NCBI GenBank assembly: GCA_965250085.1
Contig: OZ252287.1
Span: 1,184,001 to 1,248,000 of the forward strand
Source of the DNA: Candidatus Altimarinota bacterium
GTDB taxonomy: Bacteria > Patescibacteriota > Gracilibacteria > CAIRYL01
Reading direction: 5' to 3'
Length of the DNA stretch: 64,000 nt
Position 1 is the first letter of the stretch. Every line of letters begins with the position of its first letter. Below are positions 17,407-27,609 of this stretch, piece after piece. The notes beneath the pieces were generated by a model. That model did no database searches. It saw only the letters and a list, made by a program, of their open reading frames with translations, and was not told where the DNA came from. The position numbers and the translations under genes were made by a program.

Positions 17407-18657
17407 ATGAAAACTCTTTTTAAAAAAATCATTATTGCTTTGCTTTTAAGCAGAGCTCAAAAAGTTTTGGCATCCAAACCAAAGGTGATTGCCATTACTG
17501 GCTCTATGGGGAAGACCACATGCAAAAAAGCAGTGCAACACGTCGTCAGTCAAAAATATGTAACGCTTTCTTCTGCGGAAGGATTCAATACAGAAATTGG
17601 GACTCTTCTTACTCTTTTGGGAGAGAAAGAGTCAGGTTTTACCTCTCCCTTTAAATGGGGACATATCATTTGGCGGTGCTTTACGAAAAAATTGCCTGCC
17701 CCTCGCGTTATCGTTCTCGAATTTGGAGTAGACGCACCAGGAGACATGAAGGCACTCCTAAAAATCGTAACCCCTGACATCGCTGTAATCACAAACGTTG
17801 CACCAGTACACTTGTCTGAAGATCAGTTTACAACAATTGATGATATTGCTGATGAAAAGATGAAGCTTCTTCAGAATATTTCATCCTCTTCTGTCGCTAT
17901 ATATAATAGCGACAATCCCTTCATTGCCCAGAGAACAAAATTAATCCATGCAAAAAAAATCTCCTATGGATCTGATATCGCCAGTGCCTATTATGTTCAT
18001 GAAATGCACACCTCTCAAAAAGGAATTTCGTTTGAAGTTACCAATAAACAAAATTCTCAAAATTATACGATACCGCTTTTTGGAACATACCATTGGACAG
18101 CTCTGGTGCCAGCCATCATCATTGGAAGACTGCTGGGCATTAGTCTCAGTGAAAGCGTCCAGTCTCTTCAGAATTTTTCTCCTCCCTCAGGACGTGGAAG
18201 AATCTTGGAAGGAAAGAAAGGAAGTATTCTCTGGGATCACTCCTATAACTCAGCACCGGAAGCAACTACTGCAGCACTCAAAGAACTCAGGCATCTGCCA
18301 GGAAAGAGAAAAATAGCACTTCTGGGAAACATGAATGAACTCGGTAAAAAATCACCCGGATATCATCGAGATCTTGGAAAAATTGCCGCTGAATATGCTG
18401 ATGAAATCTTTTTTGTCGGGAAAGAGGCAAAGAGTTTTTTACAAGGGGTGCAAAAAAAAAGGCCTGTTACGGTGTTCCCTTCTGCTCAAGAAGCAGGAAA
18501 AGCACTTAAAAAAGTTCTTCAAAAGGGAGATTTTGTGCTGATAAAAGGTTCTCAAAATGGAGTCTTTCTTGAACGCGCAGTACGCCAGCTCCTTCTGCAT
18601 TCCAAAGATCAGGTACTGCTCTGTCGGCAGGGAGAATATTGGAAAAGCAAAATTTGA
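17407..18657 (+). CDS. murF: UDP-N-acetylmuramoyl-tripeptide--D-Ala-D-Ala ligase
   Basis: ITGSMGKTT, FNTEIG, DHSYNSAPE, LGNMNELG, LIKGSQ. Confidence 0.9.
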   Translation: MKTLFKKIIIALLLSRAQKVLASKPKVIAITGSMGKTTCKKAVQHVVSQKYVTLSSAEGFNTEIGTLLTLLGEKESGFTSPFKWGHIIWRCFTKKLPAPRVIVLEFGVDAPGDMKALLKIVTPDIAVITNVAPVHLSEDQFTTIDDIADEKMKLLQNISSSSVAIYNSDNPFIAQRTKLIHAKKISYGSDIASAYYVHEMHTSQKGISFEVTNKQNSQNYTIPLFGTYHWTALVPAIIIGRLLGISLSESVQSLQNFSPPSGRGRILEGKKGSILWDHSYNSAPEATTAALKELRHLPGKRKIALLGNMNELGKKSPGYHRDLGKIAAEYADEIFFVGKEAKSFLQGVQKKRPVTVFPSAQEAGKALKKVLQKGDFVLIKGSQNGVFLERAVRQLLLHSKDQVLLCRQGEYWKSKI

Positions 18658-18705
18658 CAAAAAAATATTGGTCTTCTATATTCAGTCTCTCTCTTATTGT
18701 TTTCT

Positions 18706-19122
18706 ATGAATCCTGCAGAAGCTATGCAAGAATCGCCACAAGACCAAGATCAGAAGATTAAAAATAATCTTATTCGGAGCGTAGTACAATCCTTCTTGGA
18801 ACAAGAGGGTTCAAGCGATCAAAAAAATATCATAGGGAAAGTTCTCAGTGAAAAACTATCTGATACAGATACGAGGAGCCCATTAAGACTTGCATTTCAT
18901 GCAGCTCTCTCAGCGGCAAAAATATTTCAACACGTGCAAGAGGGGGAAGAAGATGCAATTCCGCTTGAAAGAGGTGATGGAAGCCATCAAGGAGCTGAAG
19001 CACGTATTACAAAAGTGCGGTTTCAAGACGAAGCACTGAGGGTGCTAGAAGAGTACTTCACTACTTTGTCTCTGCAAACCGAAATTCACGATCAAATAGA
19101 AAATGAGATAGAGGCATCGTAA
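18706..19122 (+). CDS. Hypothetical (orphan) protein
   Basis: ORF with its own TTGACA-17-TATATT promoter (18654-18682). Confidence 0.65.
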   Translation: MNPAEAMQESPQDQDQKIKNNLIRSVVQSFLEQEGSSDQKNIIGKVLSEKLSDTDTRSPLRLAFHAALSAAKIFQHVQEGEEDAIPLERGDGSHQGAEARITKVRFQDEALRVLEEYFTTLSLQTEIHDQIENEIEAS

Positions 19123-19242
19123 AAATCTCAAGCTTTTCAGGAAAAAATCATATTTTGTTACAAAACGTATGTTTTTCGAGCTGTTTTGCTGTTTCTCACA
19201 AGGTGGCGTGATATACTGGGCGCACTTTTCTTCATTTTTATT

Positions 19243-19890
19243 ATGCAAATCTATTTGGACACCGCAAATCTTGAAGATATCAAAAAATATGCTTCATGGG
19301 GTATTGTAGATGGTGTTACCACCAATCCTTCACTCGTCGCTAAAGAGGAAGGGGTTGATTTTGAAACTCGAGTCAAAGAAATTGCCAAAGTAATTTCCGG
19401 GCCAGTAAGCGCAGAGGTGATTTCTGTTGATGCCGAAGGCATGGTAGAAGAAGGGCGACGAAATGCCAGTTGGGCAAAAAATGTATTTGTAAAACTTCCC
19501 ATGACAACAGAAGGACTGAAGGCCTGTAAAGTTTTAAGCAGTGAAGACGTCAAAATAAATATGACTCTTATTTTTAGCGCATCTCAGGCGCTTCTCGCCG
19601 CTAAGGCAGGAGCCACTCTTGTAAGCCCATTTGTCGGAAGGATTGATGATATCAATCACGACGGTATGGAAGTCATCTATGATATTGTGGATATTTTTGC
19701 CACTTATGGGATCGAAACAAAAGTTCTCGCGGCGAGTATTCGACATCAACAACATGTTTTGGAATCTATGAAGGCAGGAGCTGATATTGCCACCATGCCT
19801 CCTTCTATTCTTGAAAAAATGGCTGCGCATCCACTCACAGATAGTGGACTTGCCGCATTTTTATCTGACTGGGAAAAGCGAAAAAAATAG
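19243..19890 (+). CDS. tal: Transaldolase / fructose-6-phosphate aldolase (TalC/Fsa)
   Basis: [35 protein letters not shown]. Confidence 0.94.
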   Translation: MQIYLDTANLEDIKKYASWGIVDGVTTNPSLVAKEEGVDFETRVKEIAKVISGPVSAEVISVDAEGMVEEGRRNASWAKNVFVKLPMTTEGLKACKVLSSEDVKINMTLIFSASQALLAAKAGATLVSPFVGRIDDINHDGMEVIYDIVDIFATYGIETKVLAASIRHQQHVLESMKAGADIATMPPSILEKMAAHPLTDSGLAAFLSDWEKRKK

Positions 19891-19968
19891 GAAAAATTGA
19901 TTTTAAATTCTAAATTTTGAGTTTTGAACAAAGATATTATGAAATTTATAATTTAACACTTACTCTGT

Positions 19969-20586
19969 ATGTCAAAAAGCAATATTTCATATATCTTGTT
20001 TTTAGCAGGTATCGGTGTTGTATTACTTGTCGGATTCTTTCTTAGGGATACTTCTTACACAGATAGACAACAGATCTCCTCTAAAAAAACTCCGAATGAT
20101 ATATTTGAACTACCGGTTTCTGATAATTATTATGGACCTCAAATAGTGGTAAGTCCTGAGGAATTTAATGATAAAGAATTGCTCAAATTTATTTCAGATC
20201 AGCATAAACAAGTTCATTATACAAGAGATGAAGAAAATGTTTACTTTCAAGGTAATAAAATTGAAGGAGCTGATGCGGACACTTTTCAAATTCTTGGAGA
20301 ATACGAGGCAAAAGATGCCAACTCAATTTATCTTCGTGGAAAAAAAATATTCCCAGAGGTAGACGTAGATACATTTGAAGTGCTTCTCGGTGGATGTCTT
20401 TACAGAGACAAAAACGGTGTGTATTCAGAAACATTTGTGAAGCAAGATGTTGCCAACCTCCTATCATTTAGAATATATGAAAAACAATATGCAGTGGATG
20501 ATCAGTTTTTATATGCAATTAAAAGAGGATTACAAAAAAACGGAACTTGCCATCTAGAAAAACAAGCATTACCACAATTTCTTTAG
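19969..20586 (+). CDS. DKNYY-repeat membrane-anchored protein
   Basis: N-terminal TM helix; repeats RDEENVYF..KIEGADADTF, KDANSIY, RDKNGVY. Confidence 0.8.
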   Translation: MSKSNISYILFLAGIGVVLLVGFFLRDTSYTDRQQISSKKTPNDIFELPVSDNYYGPQIVVSPEEFNDKELLKFISDQHKQVHYTRDEENVYFQGNKIEGADADTFQILGEYEAKDANSIYLRGKKIFPEVDVDTFEVLLGGCLYRDKNGVYSETFVKQDVANLLSFRIYEKQYAVDDQFLYAIKRGLQKNGTCHLEKQALPQFL

Positions 20587-20597
20587 TAAGAGTTTTT

Positions 20598-21890
20598 ATG
20601 ATCACCCTCGATACCTCAGCACTTCTCCAAATCTCATCTCAGCATGGGCTCTCTGAGGATGAATTGAGTGGCCAGGACGATAAAATTGCTAACTTTCTCA
20701 AAAAAATAAAAGCACGTGGTCAAGGATTTTATACCGATGAAGTGTTGAACGATGAAAAACTTATAACCGACATCGAATCGTATACCAAAAGTGTAGAAGG
20801 GAAATATGATCATGTGATTGTCTTGGGTATTGGAGGGTCATCGCTGGGTATGATCTGCCTAAAAGAAGCGTTTGGAAATTTGTTTACGGGGACATCTCCA
20901 CAAGTGCATGTTCTGGACAACATTGATCCTTCTTTTCTGAAAGAATGTGAAGATCATCTGGATGTCAAAAAAACTCTTTTTATTGTGATCAGTAAATCTG
21001 GAGGAACTCCGGAAATACTTTCTGAATATTTTTATTTTTCAGAAAAAGTGGCAAAAGCGGGTCTCAAAGTAAAAGATCATTTTGTCTGTATTACGGATCC
21101 AGAAAAAGGATTTTTGCGAGAAGAGGTCAACAAGAAGGACATAGAGTCTTTTTCCGTGCCAAACAATGTGGGAGGTCGATTCTCAGTCCTTACCGCTGTG
21201 GGCCTTGTGCCAGCAGCGCTTGCAGGCATTGATATTCGTGGGCTTTTACAAGGAGCACGAGCTATGCGTGATACATTTCTTTCGGAGAACGGCAGCAAAA
21301 ATATCAGCTTCCAACTCGCAACGGTGCAATATCTTTTGGCACAGAAAGGAAAGACTATGAATGTCATGATGCCATATTCACAGAAGCTCTATCGAATGGC
21401 TGACTGGTATCGTCAGCTTTTGGCAGAGTCGATTGGAAAAAAACAAAGTGAAACCGGGAAGGAGGTTCATGTCGGACTTACTCCAGTGAATGCTCTCGGA
21501 GCAACAGATCAGCATTCACAATCACAGCTGTATATGGAAGGTCCTTTTGATAAATTTTTTATTTTTCTGGAGCTGGAGGATTTTGGAACAGATATGGAGA
21601 TCCCTCTTCCACATCCAGATGATGAACGGGTCAATTTCTTAAAAAATACGAGTTTTCAAAAATTGATGCATACAGAAAAAGCTGGTACTGCTGGAGCCCT
21701 TACAGAAAACAATCGGCCGTATATTACGGTCAAAATTCCAAATATTTCAGAAGAACATATGGGACAACTTTTTCTGTTTTTTGAAGGAGCGATCGCTTTC
21801 TTGGGAGAATATTACTCGATTAACGCTTTTGACCAACCGGGAGTAGAGCTTTCCAAAAATTTGACGAAGAAGTTGCTTTTGAAATCGTGA
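20598..21890 (+). CDS. pgi: Glucose-6-phosphate isomerase
   Basis: GIGGSSLG, ISKSGGT, VGGRFSV, QLLAESIGK, TDQHSQ, FDQPGVE. Confidence 0.96.
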   Translation: MITLDTSALLQISSQHGLSEDELSGQDDKIANFLKKIKARGQGFYTDEVLNDEKLITDIESYTKSVEGKYDHVIVLGIGGSSLGMICLKEAFGNLFTGTSPQVHVLDNIDPSFLKECEDHLDVKKTLFIVISKSGGTPEILSEYFYFSEKVAKAGLKVKDHFVCITDPEKGFLREEVNKKDIESFSVPNNVGGRFSVLTAVGLVPAALAGIDIRGLLQGARAMRDTFLSENGSKNISFQLATVQYLLAQKGKTMNVMMPYSQKLYRMADWYRQLLAESIGKKQSETGKEVHVGLTPVNALGATDQHSQSQLYMEGPFDKFFIFLELEDFGTDMEIPLPHPDDERVNFLKNTSFQKLMHTEKAGTAGALTENNRPYITVKIPNISEEHMGQLFLFFEGAIAFLGEYYSINAFDQPGVELSKNLTKKLLLKS

Positions 21891-21897
21891 AGTGCTT

Positions 21898-21997
21898 GAT
21901 AAAATCCCCCTCAATCCCCCTTTTTCAAAGGGGGAAGTTCCCCTCTTTACAAAAGAGGGGTTCCCTAAAGGGATCACTTCGTAGCTAGGGGAGATTT
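21898..21997. repeat. 100-bp composite palindromic element (family A), intergenic copy
   Basis: Reverse complement matches 28523-28622 at 96 of 100 positions. Confidence 0.92.
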
Positions 21998-22054
21998 TTA
22001 TTGCACATTCAACTCTCAACATTGTACATTGAAGAACGATTTTCTTATTGACCT

Positions 22055-22753
22055 ATGGATCGAGCAGAACGAATTCAACTCTGGATATCCTATTTTATTC
22101 GTATCAATCTTCTGATTGCGCTGGTCGTTGCTGTCGTGACAGGTCAATGGCTCAACCTTTTTCTCATCGTTATTATTTTTGCTCTTACCTTTCTCCCCGC
22201 ACTCCTAGAGCGCAACTACAAGGTCTCCTTACCTATTGAGTTTGAATTTGCCATTATTGTTTTTGTGTATCTTTCCCTCTATCTGGGAGACTACCATTCG
22301 TTCTATTCTCGGTTCTGGTGGTGGGATATTTTTCTTCACGCTGGATCGGGGCTCATTCTTGGATTCATTGGGTTTCTTATTGTGTATATTCTCAATACTG
22401 AGCAAAAAATACGACTCCATATGGCACCAAAGTTTGCGGCGCTTTTTTCGTTCACGTTTTCCATCGCCCTAGGAGCGATGTGGGAGATGATAGAGTTTGT
22501 ACTTGATGTTATATTGGGATCCAATATGCAGAAATCAGGACTTCAGGATACTATGCTTGATCTTATGCTCGATACAGCAGGAGCTCTTGTTGTTTCCATA
22601 TTTGGATATCTGTACCTCAAAAGAGGAAAAGCATTCTTGTTTGATACAATCCTCAGAAATTTTATTGAAGAGAACCCCAAGCTTTTTGCAGGACATAAGT
22701 TTCTCCTCGGGAAAAAACTGAAGGAGAAGTGGAAGGAAAGAAAGAAGTTGTAA
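22055..22753 (+). CDS. Integral membrane protein, DUF2238/VanZ-like
   Basis: WWDIFLH, LGAMWEMIEF and DTMLDL motifs in TM helices. Confidence 0.75.
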   Translation: MDRAERIQLWISYFIRINLLIALVVAVVTGQWLNLFLIVIIFALTFLPALLERNYKVSLPIEFEFAIIVFVYLSLYLGDYHSFYSRFWWWDIFLHAGSGLILGFIGFLIVYILNTEQKIRLHMAPKFAALFSFTFSIALGAMWEMIEFVLDVILGSNMQKSGLQDTMLDLMLDTAGALVVSIFGYLYLKRGKAFLFDTILRNFIEENPKLFAGHKFLLGKKLKEKWKERKKL

Positions 22754-22914
22754 GAAGTTTAAAAAAATCGTTACTGATATGTGCTTATAAATCGCATCTC
22801 TCATAGTTCTACAATTTTTGCGCGAGTTGTAAACGCACACGAGTAAGAACATAGCGAAATATATTGACACTTCTTTATTATAAGCCTATATTCATACTAA
22901 ATTTTTCGTTCAAA

Positions 22915-23400
22915 ATGGACAAACTTATGTCTGAAACACCCGAAGTTGAATCAAATAGAGAAGAGATACCTCAATCATCTCCAGATATAACGCTCATAAA
23001 AAAAAAGATGACTTTCGCGGTGACAGCCTGCATTGGTTTATTCTTTGGCACTGGAGTTTTGTTGGAAAATGCTCGGAGAACACAAGAGCTCACTAAAGTT
23101 GTTACTGGTCTTTCTTTGTATGATCCCACCTTGTCAAAAACTCCAATTGCTATTCGTTGTACTCCTGATCCAACATCCACTCCTCAAGGATTTGTTGACT
23201 CAAATGGGATTTTAAAAGAAACAAATTGCCATCTTGATGCCGGACGCTTACGAGAATGGATGTTATCAGAAGAGCGAAAGGCCCAAGAATTTCGAGAATG
23301 GCTGAATGGTCAGGAATTTGTGACAGCAGAAGATGGATCCAAAGAAAAGGAAGTCACTTTGAGTGAATATATTGAAGCCGTGACAGCAGAGGAAGAATAA
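22915..23400 (+). CDS. Hypothetical single-TM orphan protein
   Basis: TTGACA-17-TATATT promoter at 22864-22892; acidic Pro-rich N-terminus followed by a TM helix. Confidence 0.65.
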   Translation: MDKLMSETPEVESNREEIPQSSPDITLIKKKMTFAVTACIGLFFGTGVLLENARRTQELTKVVTGLSLYDPTLSKTPIAIRCTPDPTSTPQGFVDSNGILKETNCHLDAGRLREWMLSEERKAQEFREWLNGQEFVTAEDGSKEKEVTLSEYIEAVTAEEE

Positions 23401-23404
23401 ATGC

Positions 23405-23890
23405 TTACTCTCTCTCTCCGAGTTCCTTATCGAGTATATAGAGACTTGATCCCGAGGATCCGATCATCTTTATTTTTTCGATCACTGCTGAGACAGAAGA
23501 TTCTTCTTCAACCTGTTCGTCTATAAACCACTGCAGGAATGACTGAAATGGATAGTCTTTTTCTTTCACTGCCAAGTCGTACAAGCTGTGTATCATTTTT
23601 GTTACGTTTTGTTCCTGCTTCAATGATGCTTCAAAGACATTGAGCAATGATGAATAGCTTGCTTTGGGAGCACTGAGGCTTTTGAGTTCAATATTTCCTC
23701 CGCGTTCGAGAAGAAAATTATAAAATTTCATGGCATGGGTCACTTCTTCCTGAGACTGTGCCTGCATCCAGGCGGCTGCACCAGAGAGATTTTGAGAACT
23801 GAGATATGCGGACATTGCCAGATATGTATATGCGGATACAAGCTCTGCATTGATCTGGGCATTGATAGCATCCACTATATTTTTTTTCAT
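23405..23890 (-). CDS. ftnA: Non-heme ferritin
   Basis: INAELVSAYTYLAMS, EEVTHAMKF, FLQWFIDEQVEEE. Confidence 0.95.
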   Translation of the reverse strand: MKKNIVDAINAQINAELVSAYTYLAMSAYLSSQNLSGAAAWMQAQSQEEVTHAMKFYNFLLERGGNIELKSLSAPKASYSSLLNVFEASLKQEQNVTKMIHSLYDLAVKEKDYPFQSFLQWFIDEQVEEESSVSAVIEKIKMIGSSGSSLYILDKELGERE

Positions 23891-24036
23891 GTTTTCAAAA
23901 AAAAGGTGAAGAAATTGTACGGCTTTTTCTACAGAAAATCCAAGACAAACCGTGCTTATGATCACAAAAAATATCAATACCGATTTGTGATTTTTGACGG
24001 AGAGAACTAAGATCAAGCACACATGTTTTTATTCGA

Positions 24037-24948
24037 ATAAACCTCAAACAACATCTTGCCGGCACCAAAGCTCCTACAGATGTACAAAAGGTTATTCTCG
24101 CTATTTCTCAAGCAGGAAAGAAGATCTATGAAGCTTTGAAAACACAAAAAATAGAGTATTCCACCACTCAAAACACTTCTGGAGAAGTGCAACTTTCACA
24201 TGATCTTCTTGCTGACGAAATCCTCAAAGAAGCACTCGAAGAATCTGGTGTCGTCTCCTGCTTTGTTTCTGAAGAGAGAGCAACGGAACTGTGCTTTGTT
24301 GAGCATGCTCCGCAAAAACTTCTCATTGCCTTTGATCCTATTGATGGATCATCTGTTGCCAGTTCTGGACTGGCGGTAGGAACCTCTGTTGGTATTTACA
24401 GAGGGGTAAACAGTTTTCTTGAGGCAACGGGTAGAGATCAAGTCGCCTCGATGTTTCTGCTGTATGGTCCGCGTGTCATTTTGGTCTACACGGTGTGCGA
24501 AGGAGTAGATGTATTTGCCCTTGATGAAAAAACAGGAGAGTTTGAGCACGAACAGGAAGATGTGAAACTTGCAGAGAATATTAAAATTTGTGGACTGGGA
24601 GCGATGCAAAAACTTCATCAGGTATCAGGATATGACAAACTCATTGATTTTTGGCAAAAAGAACACTATTCCGTTCGATATTCTGGCAGTATGGCAGGAG
24701 ATATGAATGCGCTGCTCAAGAAAGGAGGTGGAGTGTTTGCATATCCGGCGCCAAAACTTCGCCTCTTATACGAGTGTAATCCTTTTTCCCTCCTTGTAGA
24801 ACAAGCGGGAGGCAAAGCTTGTAATTTAAAAGGAGAAGATATCTTGGATCAAAATATTACGGAAATCGAAAGTCCTTCCCCGATCATTATTGGAGCACAG
24901 AAAGAAGTGAATGATGCCTTGAGGTTTTTTATGAAAGGTGAAATATGA
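24037..24948 (+). CDS. fbp: Fructose-1,6-bisphosphatase class I (start codon uncertain)
   Basis: NTSGEVQ..D, SEE, FDPIDGSS, RYSGSMAGD, KLRLLYECNP. The frame stays open upstream of TTG 24136 to ATA 24037. Confidence 0.88.
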   Translation: MNLKQHLAGTKAPTDVQKVILAISQAGKKIYEALKTQKIEYSTTQNTSGEVQLSHDLLADEILKEALEESGVVSCFVSEERATELCFVEHAPQKLLIAFDPIDGSSVASSGLAVGTSVGIYRGVNSFLEATGRDQVASMFLLYGPRVILVYTVCEGVDVFALDEKTGEFEHEQEDVKLAENIKICGLGAMQKLHQVSGYDKLIDFWQKEHYSVRYSGSMAGDMNALLKKGGGVFAYPAPKLRLLYECNPFSLLVEQAGGKACNLKGEDILDQNITEIESPSPIIIGAQKEVNDALRFFMKGEI

Positions 24949-26060
24949 AAAAATACTCTCCTCCTTATTGAGGGGGAGCTACGAGAGGGTGGACATCGCA
25001 CCAAAAGATTAGAAGAGGGATAGAAAACACTGTACAGTTGTACTGTTTTTACTTTTGGAATCATGAAACGAAACATAATTCTCATTATTTACTTACTTCT
25101 GTTTTTTGGATCAAACCATGAATTTGTTTCAGGACAATATTATTCTCCTCGTACCTTACGGTGTTCTGAAATTGAAGGAGCGGATTGTCGGTCATTTGTT
25201 CTTTTTGGATATGGATATTCAAAAGATAAAAACTTTGCGTATTTTGAAGACAAGATCGTAGAAGAAGCCGATGTTACTTCTTTTGATGTCGATGAAGATA
25301 GTGGAATTGCAAAAGACAAAAAATTTGTTTATTGAGCAGACAAATCCATTCCAGGTGCAGATGTTCTATCTTACCAGAAATTATATATGCCAAGTGGAGA
25401 AATTCATACATATCCCTATGCGAAAGATGATAACTTTGGCTACTACGATTGCATAAAAATAGAAAACAGCGATGGAGCTTCTCTCGAAGTAATCAATTAT
25501 TACTACGCGAAAGATAAGGATTTTATGTATTACCAAGAAAAACCTATATCAAAAGCAGATATTGCATCTTTTGAAGTTCTCGGGTTTGGCTATGCGAAAG
25601 ATAGGAATTTTGTGTATTACGAAGAAAATCTTATACCAGGAGCAGATGTATCATCTTTTGAGAATCTTGACAAAGATTATTATGCGAAAGACAAAAACTT
25701 TACATACTACCAGGGAGAAAAAGTGGAACTTCTCGAATTATCGTCCTTTATTGTACTTGATTCCGAGTATAAAAAACTTGAAAACTCAATATACTATGAA
25801 GATAGAAAAATAGAAGGAGTTGATATTACCTCTTTTGAAGTTCTCGAATCTGGCTATGCTAAAGATAAAAACGCGGCATATTTCAAAGGAAAAAAGATTC
25901 ATAACAGTGATGTCGATTCTTTTGAATATGTTGGCTATTCTTTTAAGCATTTGAATGGCATTTCCTATCATTGCCACTATGCAAAAGATAAAAGCTTGGT
26001 GTATTGTAATGGTCTCATTGACATGCAGTATGACAGTGCTTCATTTGAGGTATTAACTTA

Positions 26061-26770
26061 GGCTCTTGAGTAGAATAATTACTTCAATTATTCTCTTAAC
26101 ATGCTTAAACATAGTAAAATATCGAATTATAAGATCAAAAAAATATTGAAGTGTTTTTGTGAAGATCTCAATGCATCAAAAACAGCAAATATTCTAGATC
26201 TCAATCGGAGAACGGTTGATCGATATTTTAATATTTTTAGAGAAAAGATTGCAAAGTTCTCTTTAGCACAGTCAAAGAGTTTTGGAGAATTTGAACTTGA
26301 TGAAAGTTACTTTGGAGCAAAGAGAGTGAGAGGAAAGAGAGGAAGAGGAGCCGCAGGAAAGACTCCTGTCTTTGGAATCCTTCAAAGAGAAGGAAGGGTA
26401 TTTGTTTCTATTGTAAAAGATTGCTCCAGAAAAGAGCTCCTACCTATTATTCAAGGAAAAATACTAGAAGGATCAACTATTCATACTGATGGATGGAGAG
26501 CTTATGATGGACTCATTCTCAATGGATATGATCACTATCGTATTCATCACTCAGAAAATGAATTTGCACGAGGAAAATGTCATGTAAATGGTATTGAATC
26601 CTTTTGGTCTTTTGCGAAAAGAAGACTCTCTAAGTTTAACGGAATTGCTTCTCACAAGTTTAACTTTCACCTCAAAGAATGTGAGTGGCGATGGAACTAT
26701 AAAGATCAAGATATTTTTGTTATAATGTCCAAAATTATCAGAGATTTTTAAAATCTCCTACTCTAGAGCC
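26061..26770 (+). mobile_element. IS1595-family insertion sequence (710 bp)
   Basis: Terminal IRs ggctcttgagtag / ctactctagagcc (12/13 match); 7-bp target duplication taactta at 26054-26060 and 26771-26777. Confidence 0.95.
26101..26751 (+). CDS. IS1595-family (ISXO2-like) DDE transposase
   Basis: ELDESYFG, RGRGAAGKTPVFG, IHTDGWRAY, HVNGIESFWS, LKECEWRWN. Confidence 0.95.
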   Translation: MLKHSKISNYKIKKILKCFCEDLNASKTANILDLNRRTVDRYFNIFREKIAKFSLAQSKSFGEFELDESYFGAKRVRGKRGRGAAGKTPVFGILQREGRVFVSIVKDCSRKELLPIIQGKILEGSTIHTDGWRAYDGLILNGYDHYRIHHSENEFARGKCHVNGIESFWSFAKRRLSKFNGIASHKFNFHLKECEWRWNYKDQDIFVIMSKIIRDF

Positions 26771-27609
26771 TAACTTATTACTATACAAAGGATAAAGCAT
26801 CAGGATATCTCCAGGGGAAAGAGATAGAAGGGAGTGATGGAACCTCTTTTGAAGGTTTGGACAGTAATTATGCGAGAGACAAAAATACTGTGTATTATTG
26901 GGATAAAAAAATAGAAGCAAGTGATCCTGCTTCGTTTGAAATCATTGACTCTATATATACGAAGGATAATAACTATAGGTATGCGTGGGGGGAAAAGTTT
27001 GTATGGAAAATTAAAGAGGATTCCCCATATTGGGAGGAAGTATATTTTTTGTCGCAACAGTATATATACAGCAACTATGCGGAAAGGGGATTCGATCTTA
27101 AGGAATTCGTGGATAGAGTACAGTTTATAGAATTCATTGTTGCAATTAATTATGATCAATCTCATGCTGAGGAATGTATCCAAAAACAGAGTGATGCTCT
27201 TTTTCCAGATGTTTCATCTGAAGAATGGTTTGCTCCGTATGTATGTGTTGCTCGGCAGGAAGAATTAGTGCAAGGCTATCAAGATGGACTTTTTTATCCC
27301 ACAAAAAATATTACCTTTGCCGAAGCCGCCAAAATTATATCTCTTATAAAAAATAAGGAAATTAAACCTGGTACAAGTTTTGAGTGGCACATCCCATATG
27401 TTGAGTTTCTGAAGCAAAAAAATGTCGTACCGGACACGAATCCAAGTCCTTCTCAACAACTTACCTGGGGAGAAGCTGCTCAGATGCTTTATCGAATGTC
27501 TCAGCAAGAATAGAAATTATTTGTTACCTTCCTTCCAAAAATTTTCTGGAAAATTAGCCGTTCCTGAGTTCTTTCGCTATACTTGAGGCGATCTCTTGAG
27601 AAACGAAAA

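Larger units (their letters stand above)
25063..27513 (+). pseudogene. DKNYY-repeat plus SLH-domain surface protein, disrupted by a nonsense codon and an IS
   Basis: ORFs 25063-25335 and 25387-26061 share a frame, separated by TGA 25333. Removing the IS and one TSD copy joins SFEVLT-YYYTKDK in frame to ORF 26857-27513 (FPDVSSEEWFAPYV...GYQDGLFYP). Confidence 0.88.

Noticed and set aside
25333-25335. In-frame TGA suggesting genetic code 25 (TGA=Gly, as in Gracilibacteria)
   Set aside because: Isolated case in a gene also hit by an IS. Other genes are uninterrupted, and pgi, murF and murC end at TGA at the expected length.
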